In this document: piece by piece, positions 1 to 13,049 of the stretch
Numbering within the stretch: the first letter of the stretch is position 1
How the letters are laid out: each line of letters opens with the position of its first letter
The notes under the pieces: generated by a model
Told to the model about the DNA's origin: nothing
The model's input: the letters and a program-made list of their open reading frames with translations, nothing else
Databases searched by the model: none
Translations under genes and position numbers: made by a program
DNA from: the human T2T-CHM13v2.0 reference genome, Homo sapiens
Length of the DNA stretch: 64,000 nucleotides
Reading direction: 5' to 3' (one strand)
Assembly (NCBI RefSeq): GCF_009914755.1
Contig: NC_060928.1

Positions 1-2024
1 ACTTAAAATTATTAACTTATGAGAATATTTCATAATATATAACAACGTTTTTGTTTATGACATTATTTCCAAAGGCAATGAATATATTACTTATTTAAAT
101 AAATTCTGTTGAGAAAAATGCTACCATTAGCACAGAGATGACTAATTTGCTACCATCAATAGGTAGCATTCTGAAATTGGGTCTGTAACCTGGGTTGGTA
201 TACTTATGCATATATTTATTAATACATATGTACTCCCATAAAGCTGGAATGCCATTTAATAATTCCTCTCTGCAGGATGCAACAATCAGAAGACATATAT
301 ACCAGTCCAATATCCAGAAATAATTAAAATGTGATATTAACTCATAACTGCTGTGGGCTTGCATTCACATCTAAAGCATTTAGAGCAGGACAGAATCTCC
401 TGAAATCTTCTTTTTAAGAATTCAGGTAGTCAGAGCACTTCTCTCTCTAACCGTGTCTTCCTACTTTCCAAGATACATTCTCCTTCAGCCCCTAGCAGTA
501 CAAATTAATCTTCTCTCTTTTTGTTTTTTTTTCCAGCCTTCTGACCAACACAGCAACAGCTGCTAAAGAAAAAGCACAGTAGAAATAAAGCAAGAGCAAG
601 ATATGGTAAAAATTTGTGAAAATGCAAGAAAAAGATTTAGTCCATGTGTATATATGCATATGCATATGTAGACACACATACATTTACATAGTGCAATTTA
701 TATAATATATATGCAAATATATACACATAAACAATTTAGAATTAGTGTCACTTATAAGAGGGTACAAGGATATACTTATATACTTATGTCATATTATTAT
801 TAATTGTATCTTATATAATTATTATACCACTATGTTATTAAACACAAATGCTTAACAATTTTAAGAAGCCATGATTTTTATGATATTTAATATTATATTG
901 TATAATCATAGTGAACTCCCAATTTCTTGAAACTGCATTTAATTTTGCCCCTTTTCTTCATCACCTCTAAGTTCTTTATAGAGTGGAAAGCAGCTGTCAG
1001 GATCATTTCTGTGTGTTTGCTGACAGACGGAGTCCACAAAAGAAAACAAGCCTTTTCCCCAGTTTGATGGACTCCTCATTCCTCGCCAGCAGTGAATAAG
1101 GTGTCCAGGACTGTCTCAATGAGAAATCATGTGTCAGCAAAGGATTATATAAAGCCAGTGGGACATATTTTATTCTGCTTCTCACTTTTGGCTACCACTG
1201 TTCTTTTTCCTAAATCAAATTTTCTTCTGGCTTTGAAAGGTACTAATGGAGCATTATTAGTCCAGAAAGAATATTGCAATGGAGAATTGTAATTACTTTA
1301 CTGCTATGGTGACATCAAACCAGATCACTTAAGAATAATGGGGCTTTAGTTCCCATAGGGAGATTGAGGTTTGGAGGATACGTAGAAATAGGAGTTCCAT
1401 GACATGTAAGACAGAAAAGGAAGACAGCATTGAAACTTCTTTGGTTGGCATATTTATGTGTGAGACCACCCCCAACCTCTGCTGACATCTGTGTTTGAAG
1501 ATGGAAATTAAACGTTGAACGAGGGCTTCAGCTCTTTTCTCAAGCTACTCTTCCATTGGCTTTAGGAGGTGAAAGATTTCTCAGCCAAAAATCACTCCTG
1601 TAAATCCAATGCAGTTATCCTTGTACTTATAATCATTTTTTTTCTATAAATCTTTAACAACTGACAAATACGTAGTTGGCTGGGCTTTATGCTGTAATAA
1701 AACACAGGCAAAGGAAGCAAGGTTGGCAAAGGGTTGTCTGATGTCCAAAACATGATTATTTGTACAACATAATACGAGTTAAACTATATTTGGAATTCTT
1801 AGGACTTTCTTAATTTGACCTATCAAACAGCTGAAGAGCAGTGTGTGGCTTTTAGGGTACGACAGAAAGTGTGCTTTGGTGTATATTCAGAAATCTTTTC
1901 TCTGTGTGAATTCCCAGATGAAAAGAGTGCTCAAGCCAATCTCTTTGCTGATACTCGGTGGGGAGCAAGATAAAAACTTCAGATATACCATCCAGATCCT
2001 AGAGAAAAAGACAGTCAGAGGAGA

Positions 2025-2100
2025 AGACAGAGAGGGAGAGAAACAGAAACAGGGACAGAGAAGAGAGAGAGAGAGACAAAGAGAGCGAGAGAGAGAGAGA
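2025..2100. repeat. (GA)n / GA-rich microsatellite
   Basis: Imperfect gagagagaga runs; these explain the RERE/SLSL ORFs. Confidence 0.9.
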
Positions 2101-2249
2101 ACAAACACACAGGAAATGGCTTTGGAGGGAGAGAGATGTAGTTTCTATTCAAAACACTACCTCTTTCTCAAGGTTTGATTTTGGTGGTAGGCTGGACACT
2201 TGGCACCATGAGCTGGAGTTCCACAGAATCACCACACTTGGAATGGCTG

Positions 2250-2430
2250 GTGATTTATTTGCTGTGTGATCTTGGCCAAGTTACAAAACATCTCTGAGGT
2301 ACCATTTTTTTAATCCATGAATCTCAGATACTTTATATGATGATTAAAAGGCTAACATTGAAAATAGCATCTGGCACATGGTAATAAAAAGCAGTATCTG
2401 GCATAGGCACTCAACTGTTTGTGCCGAATG
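2250..2430 (+). mobile_element. Decayed MIR fragment followed by an L2-like 3' end
   Basis: gctgtgtgatcttggccaagttac..tctctgag (MIR core); ctggcataggcactcaa..gaatga (L2-like tail). Confidence 0.55.
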
Positions 2431-3136
2431 AGTATTATTAAACCCTTTGACCTCTTTTAAACCTTTCACATCCACACACATGAAAGTTTGTGGGGTCAGA
2501 ACTCAACTCTACGTCCATTTGGCTCCAAAGTTTAAGCTCTCACCATCTACAGATGCTGGGTGTGTGTCCCAGACCCACAATCTTCACCATGTGACCTTTG
2601 CAAATATCTGCGCCTTGTTGAATCAATTTAATTATCTCTAAATTCAGATACTAAGAGGACGATGTTTATCTTCCTTTTAAAGTGTTGATGAATCTGTCAA
2701 ATTTCATCTTCTCCATTTTCCTAAGCCTGCATGTTAACCATTTTCTTTCTGATAGTAGACTTTATCTTAAAACAACAAAAAACGAATAATAAAATATTTT
2801 AAACATACAGAAAAGAAAAGGAAAATGCATTGTTCTCAACTCCCAGATTTAACATTTTAACTCATGCAACAAATATGGATTGGGGACAAGACATTCGCCA
2901 TTCTGAGGACTGAGGACATGTCTGTCTGGGAACCAGATGCCCCTTCCCTTGTGGAGTTTATATTTGACTGACAAATATCAATGTGGCCATATTTGCTTTA
3001 GGTAGTCTTTTAAAAATGATATATTACTGACAGAGCTGGAGGCACCCCACAAGCCCGTGTTCTTCCTGCTAAACTTCCCGAGGTGGGTGTCTCTCCTCAA
3101 CTGATTTATTTCCAGGGATGGTGTGGAGCCCAGTCC

Positions 3137-3461
3137 TCCCCCACCTGTCCAGGGAGGGACCTATAATCCCCATGTGTCAAGGGAAGGAGGTGACTGGATC
3201 ATGGGGGTGGTTTCCCCCATGCTGTTCTCATGATACTGAGTTCTCATGAGATCTGATGGTTGTATAAGTGTTTGACAGTTCCTCCTTCACAGGCTGTCTC
3301 TTCTGCCACTCTGGGAAGAAGGTGCCAGCTTCCTCTTCCTCTATGATTGCAAGTTTCCTGAGGCCTCCCCAGCCATGCAGAACTATGAGTCAATTAAACA
3401 TCTTTCCTTTATAAATTACCCAGCCTCGGGTATTTATTTATAGCAGTACCAAACTAACACA
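3137..3461 (+). mobile_element. THE1D-type MaLR LTR, 5' end missing
   Basis: taatccccatgtgtc..ggatcatgggggtggtttcccccatgctgttctc..tttcctgaggcctccccagccatg..ataaattacccag..actaacaca matches the THE1 consensus. Confidence 0.85.
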
Positions 3462-6400
3462 CTGAGAACAGCCTAATATGCTGGACATGAGTCACTTCTG
3501 TTTTGTGCTGAAGTCAGCTGAGAAATTGTGACTAATTATAGCAATAGCTACAATGCTGTATTCTCCTTTTCTTTCCAGTTAGAATAAAAACAGAGTAAAT
3601 AGATTAATAGCCCACCTAACTCCCATCTATCCTTATACGATCATGAAGATTTTCCATTTCCTTGACCTGCTTTATTTGTTTCTGAGTACATTTCGTTGCC
3701 ATTTCATTATATTCTAATTATTTAGTGTCGGTCTCCCCACTGGAGAGTGGGCTTCATAAGAGTAGTTTTCTGCCTCTTTTTGCTTTCTATGGTATTCTCT
3801 ACACCTAAAATAATTTCTTGCATGGTGGAGATGTTTAGTTTGTTTAACTATTATATGTATAATAGGTGGTATAAATATATTATACATTTAGTTCATCCAG
3901 TTACCCTTCCAATTAGCCACAGTTTACAGATGAGGAAATTGAGGGTCAGAAAGAATAACTGGCATGCCAGTGTTGCAGCTATACTAGATGATGAAGTCCC
4001 CAGTATTTCTGCCTTCCTACCCTCCTCTCTATTTGTACAGGTGTTTATTTTCTCCTTTGTCTCTAAATCTCTCTATCGTTAGCCGTCCCATCTTCCTACA
4101 CCATTAGGGCTATGCCATGACTTACTCTATCCTGACTCCCTTTGCACATGGGCTGGAGTCCTACCCCCAGACCTACTTCAGTGACTGTGACTGTGCTGCC
4201 TGGTGACATGCTGCCTCTCTCTGTTACAGTCTGTCCACGCGGGTTCCACCTCCTTGCACCCTCCTGTCTCATGTTATCTCCTTTCAGTCCCACCTGATAT
4301 CATCCACTTATCTATCCAGAATGATTTTGTGCACTCATAGCAAAGTTCAAGACTCCTGATTCCTTTTAATACAGATCTGACACTGCTGAGCTATTCAAAA
4401 TAATGGCTAAGGAGGGAAGTCATAAAACATGGTATACAAACGCATGCGTGTTGTGCAGTTAGCATTTTAGTTACACATTTGTCTGTCAATCATTTAGAGG
4501 GTAAAGTTTATTCCTTTGAGCATAGATATTGTGGATGACATTCTGTTAATTTTATCTTGAATAAAATCACACAATGTATCATTTTTAATTTTTAACTTGT
4601 ATTACTTTCAAGTGGAGTAATATCTTTTACATGATTGCAAATGAATCTGAAGGTGGATCATCGTTATTCTCATGATTATCTTCCAAACTTTAAGTTAATG
4701 TGCTCTTACCACATTCAACAGGGATGTTTTTAGTCATCTTTAACAACAGTTTCAACGGAATTTTCAAACACATAACACTTTCTTTTTGCATTCTTATACC
4801 ACTACTTGAGATAATATTTTATTAAATTATGTAACAACACAAGAAGTGCAATTGTCATAACAGTTTAGAAAACAAACACATATAACTTTTAAGAAGCAGA
4901 CTTTGTAGCAAAAATAATATGGTGCATGAGTCAACTGACTAAATTCTCTGAGCACTTATTGTGCCACGGATATTAATAATACTTTTTAAAAAGATATCAG
5001 AACCTTAAAAGTTTCTACTCTACTGAGTTGTGCCTGACTAACTGTATCTCCTTCCAAGCCCTGTTGGTAGGTCTTCTCCCCACTGTTGCGTGTGCGTGCT
5101 CCTCTGTTAAAATGTCTACTGTCAGGGTCCACTTCCCTGGGGAGCCCTAACTCCTCGCAGATAAACCAAGATATCACATCCCCACAGTCCTGCTGGACTC
5201 TGACATTCCAGGAAGCTCATAGCAGTTTTTTTCTCTTTTTTAAAAAATCCCATTTGAAATGTACAAAGGGTGTTGCACATTGACTCCAATCATAGTTAAG
5301 GATGCTGAACCTGGAGGAAAGAAAGCACATTTAATTCAGATAAAAGCATAGCTCATTTTCCCAACCCCACCAAATCAGGCAATTATAGCACGGGGCCAGA
5401 ATTTTCTCCCACATTTCGCACGTAAAACATAATTCCGCCACCAGCTGCTCACCAGCATTTTGTTGTCTCCTCAACCGACAACAAAATGACAAAACAGATC
5501 AGCAGAGGGTGATCTGCCAGCATCACCAATGAGATGCAACTCCCCTCCAACCAGCCTGTCATTAGGAAACCGTTTTCTGTTTCTAAAATAAACCCTCTGA
5601 AATCACTGCCTTCCTACATCTGTGCTTCTACCTAGAAGAGAGAGATGTTCTCCTAACTCACAACAGGTGCTGAGATATGTCAGTGGAGAAAGAGGACGAA
5701 CTATGCATAAGTAATGAGAAGCAGAGGGGCAGTTACTCAGGGTCTGAGACAGAGTCTTTTTGCTCATGATGTGTACAGCATTAAGGAAATTTAGAAATTT
5801 GGCATTAAGTGTGTGTAAAAATAGGATCCCTGGAAACCTATGTTTTGTCACATCAGCTCCTTACATTTTCCTTTTATGTTACTCATTTTCCTTCTGATCT
5901 TACTATACTCTCTATCCACATCACCCATCTTTCCCCAACTCCTCTCCACAAATACTCATTAAGAACCTATTAAGTAAAAATGTACTAAATGCTTTAAATG
6001 CAGGAAAAGAGGGCTAGGAAGAATATTTCAAACCCAAATTGGCAATAGCTGCTTCTGCCCTGCAGGCAGGTGGCATCATAGTAGGAACATAAACTTTAGC
6101 TCCCCATTCCTTGGTAGACAGAGGGGCAGAGAGAAGGGAAGAAAATGTGAAAAGTCAGACAGTTCTACTTTGTCTCTAAGGAGAAAGCATATGCCAAGAG
6201 GAGCACTGCATACCAGAGTACATTAAGGAATCTTCACATAAGCAAAAATGGAATGGAGAGCTATGTTGGTTTATTTAAAAATAAAAATTAAAAACAAAAA
6301 ACAAAAAACACCACAGCCACCACCAACAAAACCCCAAATCCCAAAACAAAACTGAGAGGAATTAAGCTTTCAGGAAGCAGTAGGTGCTAGAAGGGTCAGC

Positions 6401-6829
6401 GCCTGACAGTGGGAGGCCTAGAGATTTCAGCAGACAGAAGGCAAAAATCCAAGGTTCTGTGTAATTCTCCTGGTGCTGTTACAAAAGTTCAGTAAAATTG
6501 GTGACATGCCCACAAGTCTTGATGAGTAACAATTTGGAGGTAGGATCCAAAGGAAAGGAATTGAAGATTAAACATGGGGGAATGTGTCAACATCAAGAGA
6601 TGATAAGATCATGGGTTGACAGAACTCATTCAATGGGGCTCCAGGAACAAAGGTAACCAGTGAGCACTTACATCCCTACCCTCAATGCATCCGGCAAAAG
6701 TTTCAGAATGGCTGAATTGTGTACAGGTAGTTGTTTCATTGTGCATGCAATAGAGTTCAAGCAGATTTCCTTGGAATATTAAAGATTGGACACTCCAGCT
6801 GATATCAAAGCATATTCATGAATCCCCCA

Positions 6830-6925
6830 GCAGCTGTTAGCATTCCCATTTGACAGGTGATGAAGCTGAGACATAAGAGAAGTTATATTATTTGTTCAAG
6901 GTTACATAATTAAAAGCAAAGCTAT
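6830..6925 (-). mobile_element. MIR fragment
   Basis: cccatttgacaggtgatgaagctgagac..ttgttcaaggttaca is the reverse MIR core. Confidence 0.6.
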
Positions 6926-7820
6926 AAAGAAGCCAGTTATTGTTTTTATACCATGCTAAGGTATTTTAGGGACACGTAAATATCAAACATTTTGTAGGTT
7001 CTTTAATTTATGTGATCCTTATTACACCATAGGACTAGTTTCATTTTACTGATGAGGAAAAAAATGTGTTCTGTGTAATTAAGCAGTTTTTGCTAGATGC
7101 CATATTTTGGCCATGATTTTAATCCATTTTTTTCTCACTGCTAAACTGTGCGTGAGATCAGGACTTTCCTTGAGATCAGGACGCTACTGTTCTATTCTGG
7201 TCATTTGGGGCCCATGTTTCAGGGAGAGAAGCCTTTTTAAGGGAGGTTATACAGTTTTTGAAAAAAAGAGGGTAGGAAAAATGAACTCTAGTCTCAGAGA
7301 GAGAGGAATGAAATATCAGGAGTCCAAGTTGTCACAAACAACTTGTTCTAAACAAGTCAGGAACATTAGAAAGAAATGCATGACGAAAAGTACTTTGAAG
7401 TTTTCTGAGCTTCCATTACTCTCATAAAACTATAAAGTCTGTGTGCTTACTTACATAACTAAAAATATTTATAAGAAAGTGAAAATGGTCCACGTTCTTG
7501 TTTTAAGGAGCAATGAGAATTTTTGGATCTTTACAACCTTATTTTATCAATCCACAAGGCTCAGGGGGAAATAAACCACATGGATGAAATGGGTGGTGAC
7601 AACCTCAAAGAGCCAATAAGAATAAGGTACACCTTGGAAATTATATCATAGGAAAAAGGTAGATATAGTCCTGAGATAGTGGCCCTGAGGCTTAAGGAAG
7701 GAGAATATGTGGTTTCCTGATATGATTATCTATTCTCTTCTCCCAGCTTTTCTGTAAGTCAATATGGATAACCAAATGTATAAGAATATATTATCATTAT
7801 AAGTGATATGGGAGTTCCTC

Positions 7821-7853
7821 TAGAAGGTAGCTATGCTCACCACTATACCAATG
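7821..7853 (-). pseudogene. tRNA-Gly(TCC) 5'-half retropseudogene (tailless)
   Basis: Reverse complement of 7823-7850 is TGGTATAGTGGTGAGCATAGCTaCCTTC, 27/28 identical to my recalled tRNA-Gly-TCC sequence. It ends at the anticodon and has degenerate direct repeats on both flanks. Confidence 0.85.
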
Positions 7854-8700
7854 TCATATGAGGTACGTCCTCTTGAAAGGGAATATTTCTATTTAGAAAA
7901 TGAGTTGATGGTCAACCATCTACATGTGAATATACATACTCAAGTGTGGAATCTGGAAAGAGACTCCAGAGAACAAAGGAGAGCAAAATTGTTATGCATA
8001 AGAAAATGAAAAAGATTTGAAATATTGTTGGATTCCCAGAGTAAAGAGTTGCAGAAAGAGCCAGAAAGACTTCTAGGGATGGGTTGCAGTATTGAGAGGC
8101 ACACCTCAGCTATGGCAATTCATTGATGGTGGAGATCCAGAAAGAACATTTAAGAAGAATCAGCCCTAAAACCCAACATCCACTGTGAAGCTGGCTTATG
8201 AATATCTCTCTCTGGACAAATTTTCAGTAAAGCTAGCTACACACTCAAAGGCCTTCTGAGAGTCACTTTAGTTGCTTTTGTTGGTACTAAAACCCAGAAG
8301 CACACTTGCATTCTCTGTTTGGAAAGATTAATATAGGAAAAGCACACGCAAGATGATGAGGAAACACACTAGTAAAAGCCTTCAGGAAGAGCATAAATCC
8401 GAAGGCATATATGAACTTGAGAAGTTTAGCACTCTAAGAATTAACAAGTGTCTTGTTGGTAGGGAGGGGCATTGGACTCTGCATAAGTCCTATAATGAAG
8501 TTTGAGACCAATAATTTTTTAAATCCTAAGAGGTCAGGTCACTGATGCTAGGATCGTATATATTTGAAACATGCTTATTAAAACAAAGCAAAAGCTTGGG
8601 TTAAATGAACAAAACATTGTATTATTAAAATAAATTACAGCATATTTATAAGAAAAGTTCCATTAAAAATACAGGAGAGGCCTTATCATGGTCTTCTCCA

Positions 8701-9648
8701 AGTCTTAGTTAGATCAGGCGTTTATAACAGAATGCCATAGCCTAGGTGGTTTAAGACATTTATTTCTCACAGTTCTGGAAGCTGGAAGTCCAAAATTAGA
8801 GTGCCAGCATGATCGGGTTCATGGTGGAGACTTTCTCCCTGATCAGGTCCTCATACAGCTTCTCCTTAGTTTCTACACGAAGAGAGAAAGAAAGATATGT
8901 TGCCTCCTTCTTTTTTTATAAGGACACCGATCCCATCATGGTGGTCTCACCTCCATTACATTACCTAAATTTAATTACCTTTTAGAAGCCCCATCTCCAA
9001 ATGCCATTACATTAGATATTAAGGTGTGAACCCCAAGTATCTGAGATATGTCTCAGATGTAGGAGGTTTACTTTGCCAAGGTTAAGGAAACATTCATGAC
9101 ACAGCCTCAGGAGGTCCTGAGGACATGTGTCCAAGGTGGTTGGGATATAGATTGCTTTTATACATTTTAGGGAGCCATGAGGCATCAATTAATATGTGTA
9201 AGATGAACATTGGTGCAGTCCAGTAAGGCAGGAAAATTCAAAGTGGGGGTTTCCAGGTTAGAAACAGATAAGAGAAAAATGGTTGCATTCTTTTGAGTCC
9301 TTGATAAGTCTTCCACGGAATACACAGTTTAGTCTGGCTCAGTGATTCTGCATTTTTGCATAAACAATATGGCAGAGGAAGCAATCAGATATACACTTAC
9401 CTTAGGTGAGTTCTGTCTATCCGTGGTCCACAAGGAATTTTCTTGTGGGCAAACTGTAGGGAGGTATGTAGCTTCTTACCTTTTTAGCTATCTTATTTGG
9501 AATAAAATGAAACGCAGGTTTGCCCCAAGCAGTTCCCAACTTGACTTTCCCATTGACTTAGTGATTTGGGTATCCCAATATTTATTTTCCTTTCGCAAAG
9601 GTTTTGACATATAAATTTTGGGTGGACACAAACATTTAGTCCATAGCA
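8701..9648 (-). mobile_element. MLT1A-type MaLR LTR split by a MER4 insertion (pieces 8701-9024 and 9598-9648)
   Basis: tttatttctcacagttctggaagctggaagtcc; terminus gggtggacacaaacatttagtccatagca. Confidence 0.8.
9025..9597 (-). mobile_element. MER4A-type ERV1 solo LTR
   Basis: TG...CA termini; 4-bp TSD aagg (9021-9024, 9598-9601); motifs gacacagcctcaggaggtcctga and cagttcccaacttgactttccc. Confidence 0.85.
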
Positions 9649-11130
9649 TTGCCTTGGCTTATGGCCCACCAGGAGCAATGACCAGTCCTGTCGGTGGATC
9701 ATGCCCAGTCCTGATTTGACTGTTCCGGGTATGCTGTTTGCCTCACTGTACCAAGACATCGGCATATTCAGCAAGAGCAAGCTTCCAGCATCATCTTTGA
9801 GCATTTGGGCCAAGTGGGGAGGGCCTTGAACTAAATAAACATGTGTATGTTGAGCTAGAACAGAGTTTACAGAGCCCCAAATATATAGTTATAAAAGTAT
9901 ATTTGTGAACTTATTAAAAATAATTATTTTATGTAGACAGCCTTGAAAGAATTTTGCTTTCTTCCTTTTTTTGGTTACTCTGTATTATTTAGTCTTCCTA
10001 ATAATTATTTACTACTGCATTTTTAAAAGTATAAGCATGTTATTTTTAGTGTAGTAATTATATAGTTGCAATGTATTATTGAAGGATCACTGAACTTTGG
10101 AGGAGACCAGGAACATCACGGGGGTGGTCTAGTGACGTCAGTGTAGGCGTCCCTGTGGCCTGCCTGTCACCATTGGCATCTGTCAAACAGAGCCAAGTAT
10201 ACAAACACTTCTAAAACACTGTTATTCTCGAGACAAATAAATCTGCTGCCAGAAAATCACAGTTGCACTTCCATTTCTGCAAAGAGAAAAGAAATTTTAT
10301 GCTGAAATATTCAGCCTAGGCATACCAAAGGAAGCCCAGTAAATGAATTATGTGCTATTCCCCATGATACAATGTAACATGAATCCTAAGAAATTTACAG
10401 GCTTCAGCAATACTAATGAGTTACATGGTCACTACAACTTACAGAAATAAATAGTTTCATTTCAATGTCTACATTGCCACGCTGTCTTCATCATATAGCT
10501 GGCCACTTTAGCTACACCTTTGACAGTCAATACATTTCTAAAGATTATATGGGTTTCCAACATTTGTTTTGAAAACAACTTCAGCATTTCTTCTTTTTTT
10601 TTTTTTGTTTTTTTCTTTCCTATTTAGGTAGAGTCAAAGGTGTTATTCCTTCTGCAGGAAATGGAGACCAAAATGAAAGTAAATAACTGAGGGCTCATCA
10701 GCCCATTCACTCATCCATCTGTCCACTGAGGGATATTTCTGAATACAAATACTACCTCTTTCATTTACTTCTGATAAGACTTACTGCACTTTAAGTAGAC
10801 CCTCTAAAACTGTCTTATTTATCCGTACAATATGGGAGTTTTTACTCCTATATCTCAGAATATTGGAAAGATTAAATGAAGTTATGTATACTGAGTGCCT
10901 CTAATAATTCCTTTTTCTCCAGTTGGGGGACAGAGTATAAAAACTGTGATTCTGATGCCAAAATACTGAAATTTTAGAGTACTTCCTTTGACTATTTCTG
11001 TGACATACAGGACATGTATAGGGAATTGTGACTGTCCAGCAGGCATGTACAGAGTGCACTGTCCCTAAACTTCAAGAAAGTCTGTAGCACAATATCTCTA
11101 TAGTTTGTTTGGTTGTATTGAGAATATTCT

Positions 11131-11457
<327 letters not shown>

Positions 11458-12460
11458 TAAGAAGTTACACTAAGTCATTTTAACTCTTTGCAGCCTTCCC
11501 CTCTCACAGAGAGGTGAGCCAGGTTTCTTCCCAATCACTAGAACTAATACTTCATTGAATCTTGACAAGGTATTCTGCTGCACTTAGCGACCCACAAAGC
11601 ATAGTTACACCTGGGATTTCATCACACTACACACATTCCAATATTTATCAGATTATATGAGATTTTAAAAAAACTGTTTCCATCTTTAAAGGGCTCTAAG
11701 GAGACAGCTGAGTTCCCTGTTCCAAAGCAAGCTAAAGCCCTCTAGCTGTGTTAATACCTTGTGGCCCCCTCTTTCCACCACCTGGGTTCTGCTATTTTTA
11801 CTTTGGTTGGTTGAATGATTCCCAAGTAACCTGCCAAGGTAAATAAGTACCAACTCTACTCATGAATATTTAAGCCCAAGTGGATATACTGGGTAGCTTT
11901 GTGGCTAGCATTGGATTTCCATATAAACCATAAGGAAGCTGTTGTGACTATGGTTGAGCCGAGCCTTGAACTCTTCAACAGTGCAGTGATCCCTAGCCAA
12001 GCTGCAGAGTCTGGAGACTGCATTCTGTGTGCCAGGGTCCACCTGTGGTATAAATTGCATGGATCCTTTGTCACTTCCCTGTTCTGAGACTGCTGGGCTC
12101 AGACACTGCCCCATTGTCTCTGCAGCGTCTCTGCCTCCACAACAATAAGAGAGAAGAAACTCCTGGGCCATTTCTCACCCCTACCTGCCACCACCTTTGT
12201 TAACAAAAACCAACATGTCTGTTAAGGTTATAAATGGTTTTATATTTGCACCAGAAAATTATTTTCTTTGCTATTATTCTTTTCTGTTGAATGTTTTCTT
12301 AGACGTTTTCCAGCGTTCAATGCAGTGGTAGACAAAGAAGTAGGACATGTATTCAACATCCATTTCACCATTTCTGCATTTTTCTTCTAAAATGTTATGG
12401 TTTTTTCTTTCTATTTATATTTTGTGATGGATGTTTGTTGTTAGCCATCTTGACAGTAGT

Positions 12461-12905
12461 TGTGATGGTTAATTTTTTTACATGTCGACTTGCCTGGACC
12501 ATAATACCCAGGTATTTGTTAAGAAAGAACTCTGGATTTGAGGGGTCTTTTTTTTGGATGATTTTCTGGGAGGGTATTTTTGAATGAGATTAATATTTAA
12601 ATTGGGGGAGTTTAAGTATAGCAGATTACCCTCCATAATGTGGGTGGGTGTTATCCAATTACTTGAAGTCCTAAATAGGACAAAAATACTGACTTCCCCT
12701 GAGCAAGAAGAAATTCTCCTAGCAAACATTCTTCCGACTTGAACTGCAACCTCAGTTCTTCCTGAGTCTCCAGACTACCAGCCCACTTTGCAGATTTTGG
12801 ACTTGTCAGCTTCCATAATTCTGTCAGTCAATTCTTAATATGAATATCTTACTTTCTATATATACATCTTCTTGGTTCTCTTTCTCTGGAAAACCCTGAC
12901 TGTTA
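12461..12905 (+). mobile_element. MLT2 (ERVL) solo LTR, MLT2C/D-like
   Basis: Starts tgtgatggttaatttt..atgtcgacttg; gcagattaccctccataatgtgggtggg; ends tctctggaaaaccctgact. Confidence 0.85.
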
Positions 12906-13049
12906 TGGTGTGTTGGTCCAGTTGAAGGCAGAATGTTACATATTTGTAGATTTCTAGGATCAGTATGCTGCAATGGTAATGCATTTGGACAGTTCCATAG
13001 TCTTGAAAACATGTCGGGTACAAAGAAACACACTTTGGAACCAGAGAGG

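Noticed and set aside
4400-4950. AT-rich stretch suspected to be a decayed transposase or pseudogene
   Set aside because: The minus-strand frames I translated are stop-ridden with no recognisable motif; cannot support a call
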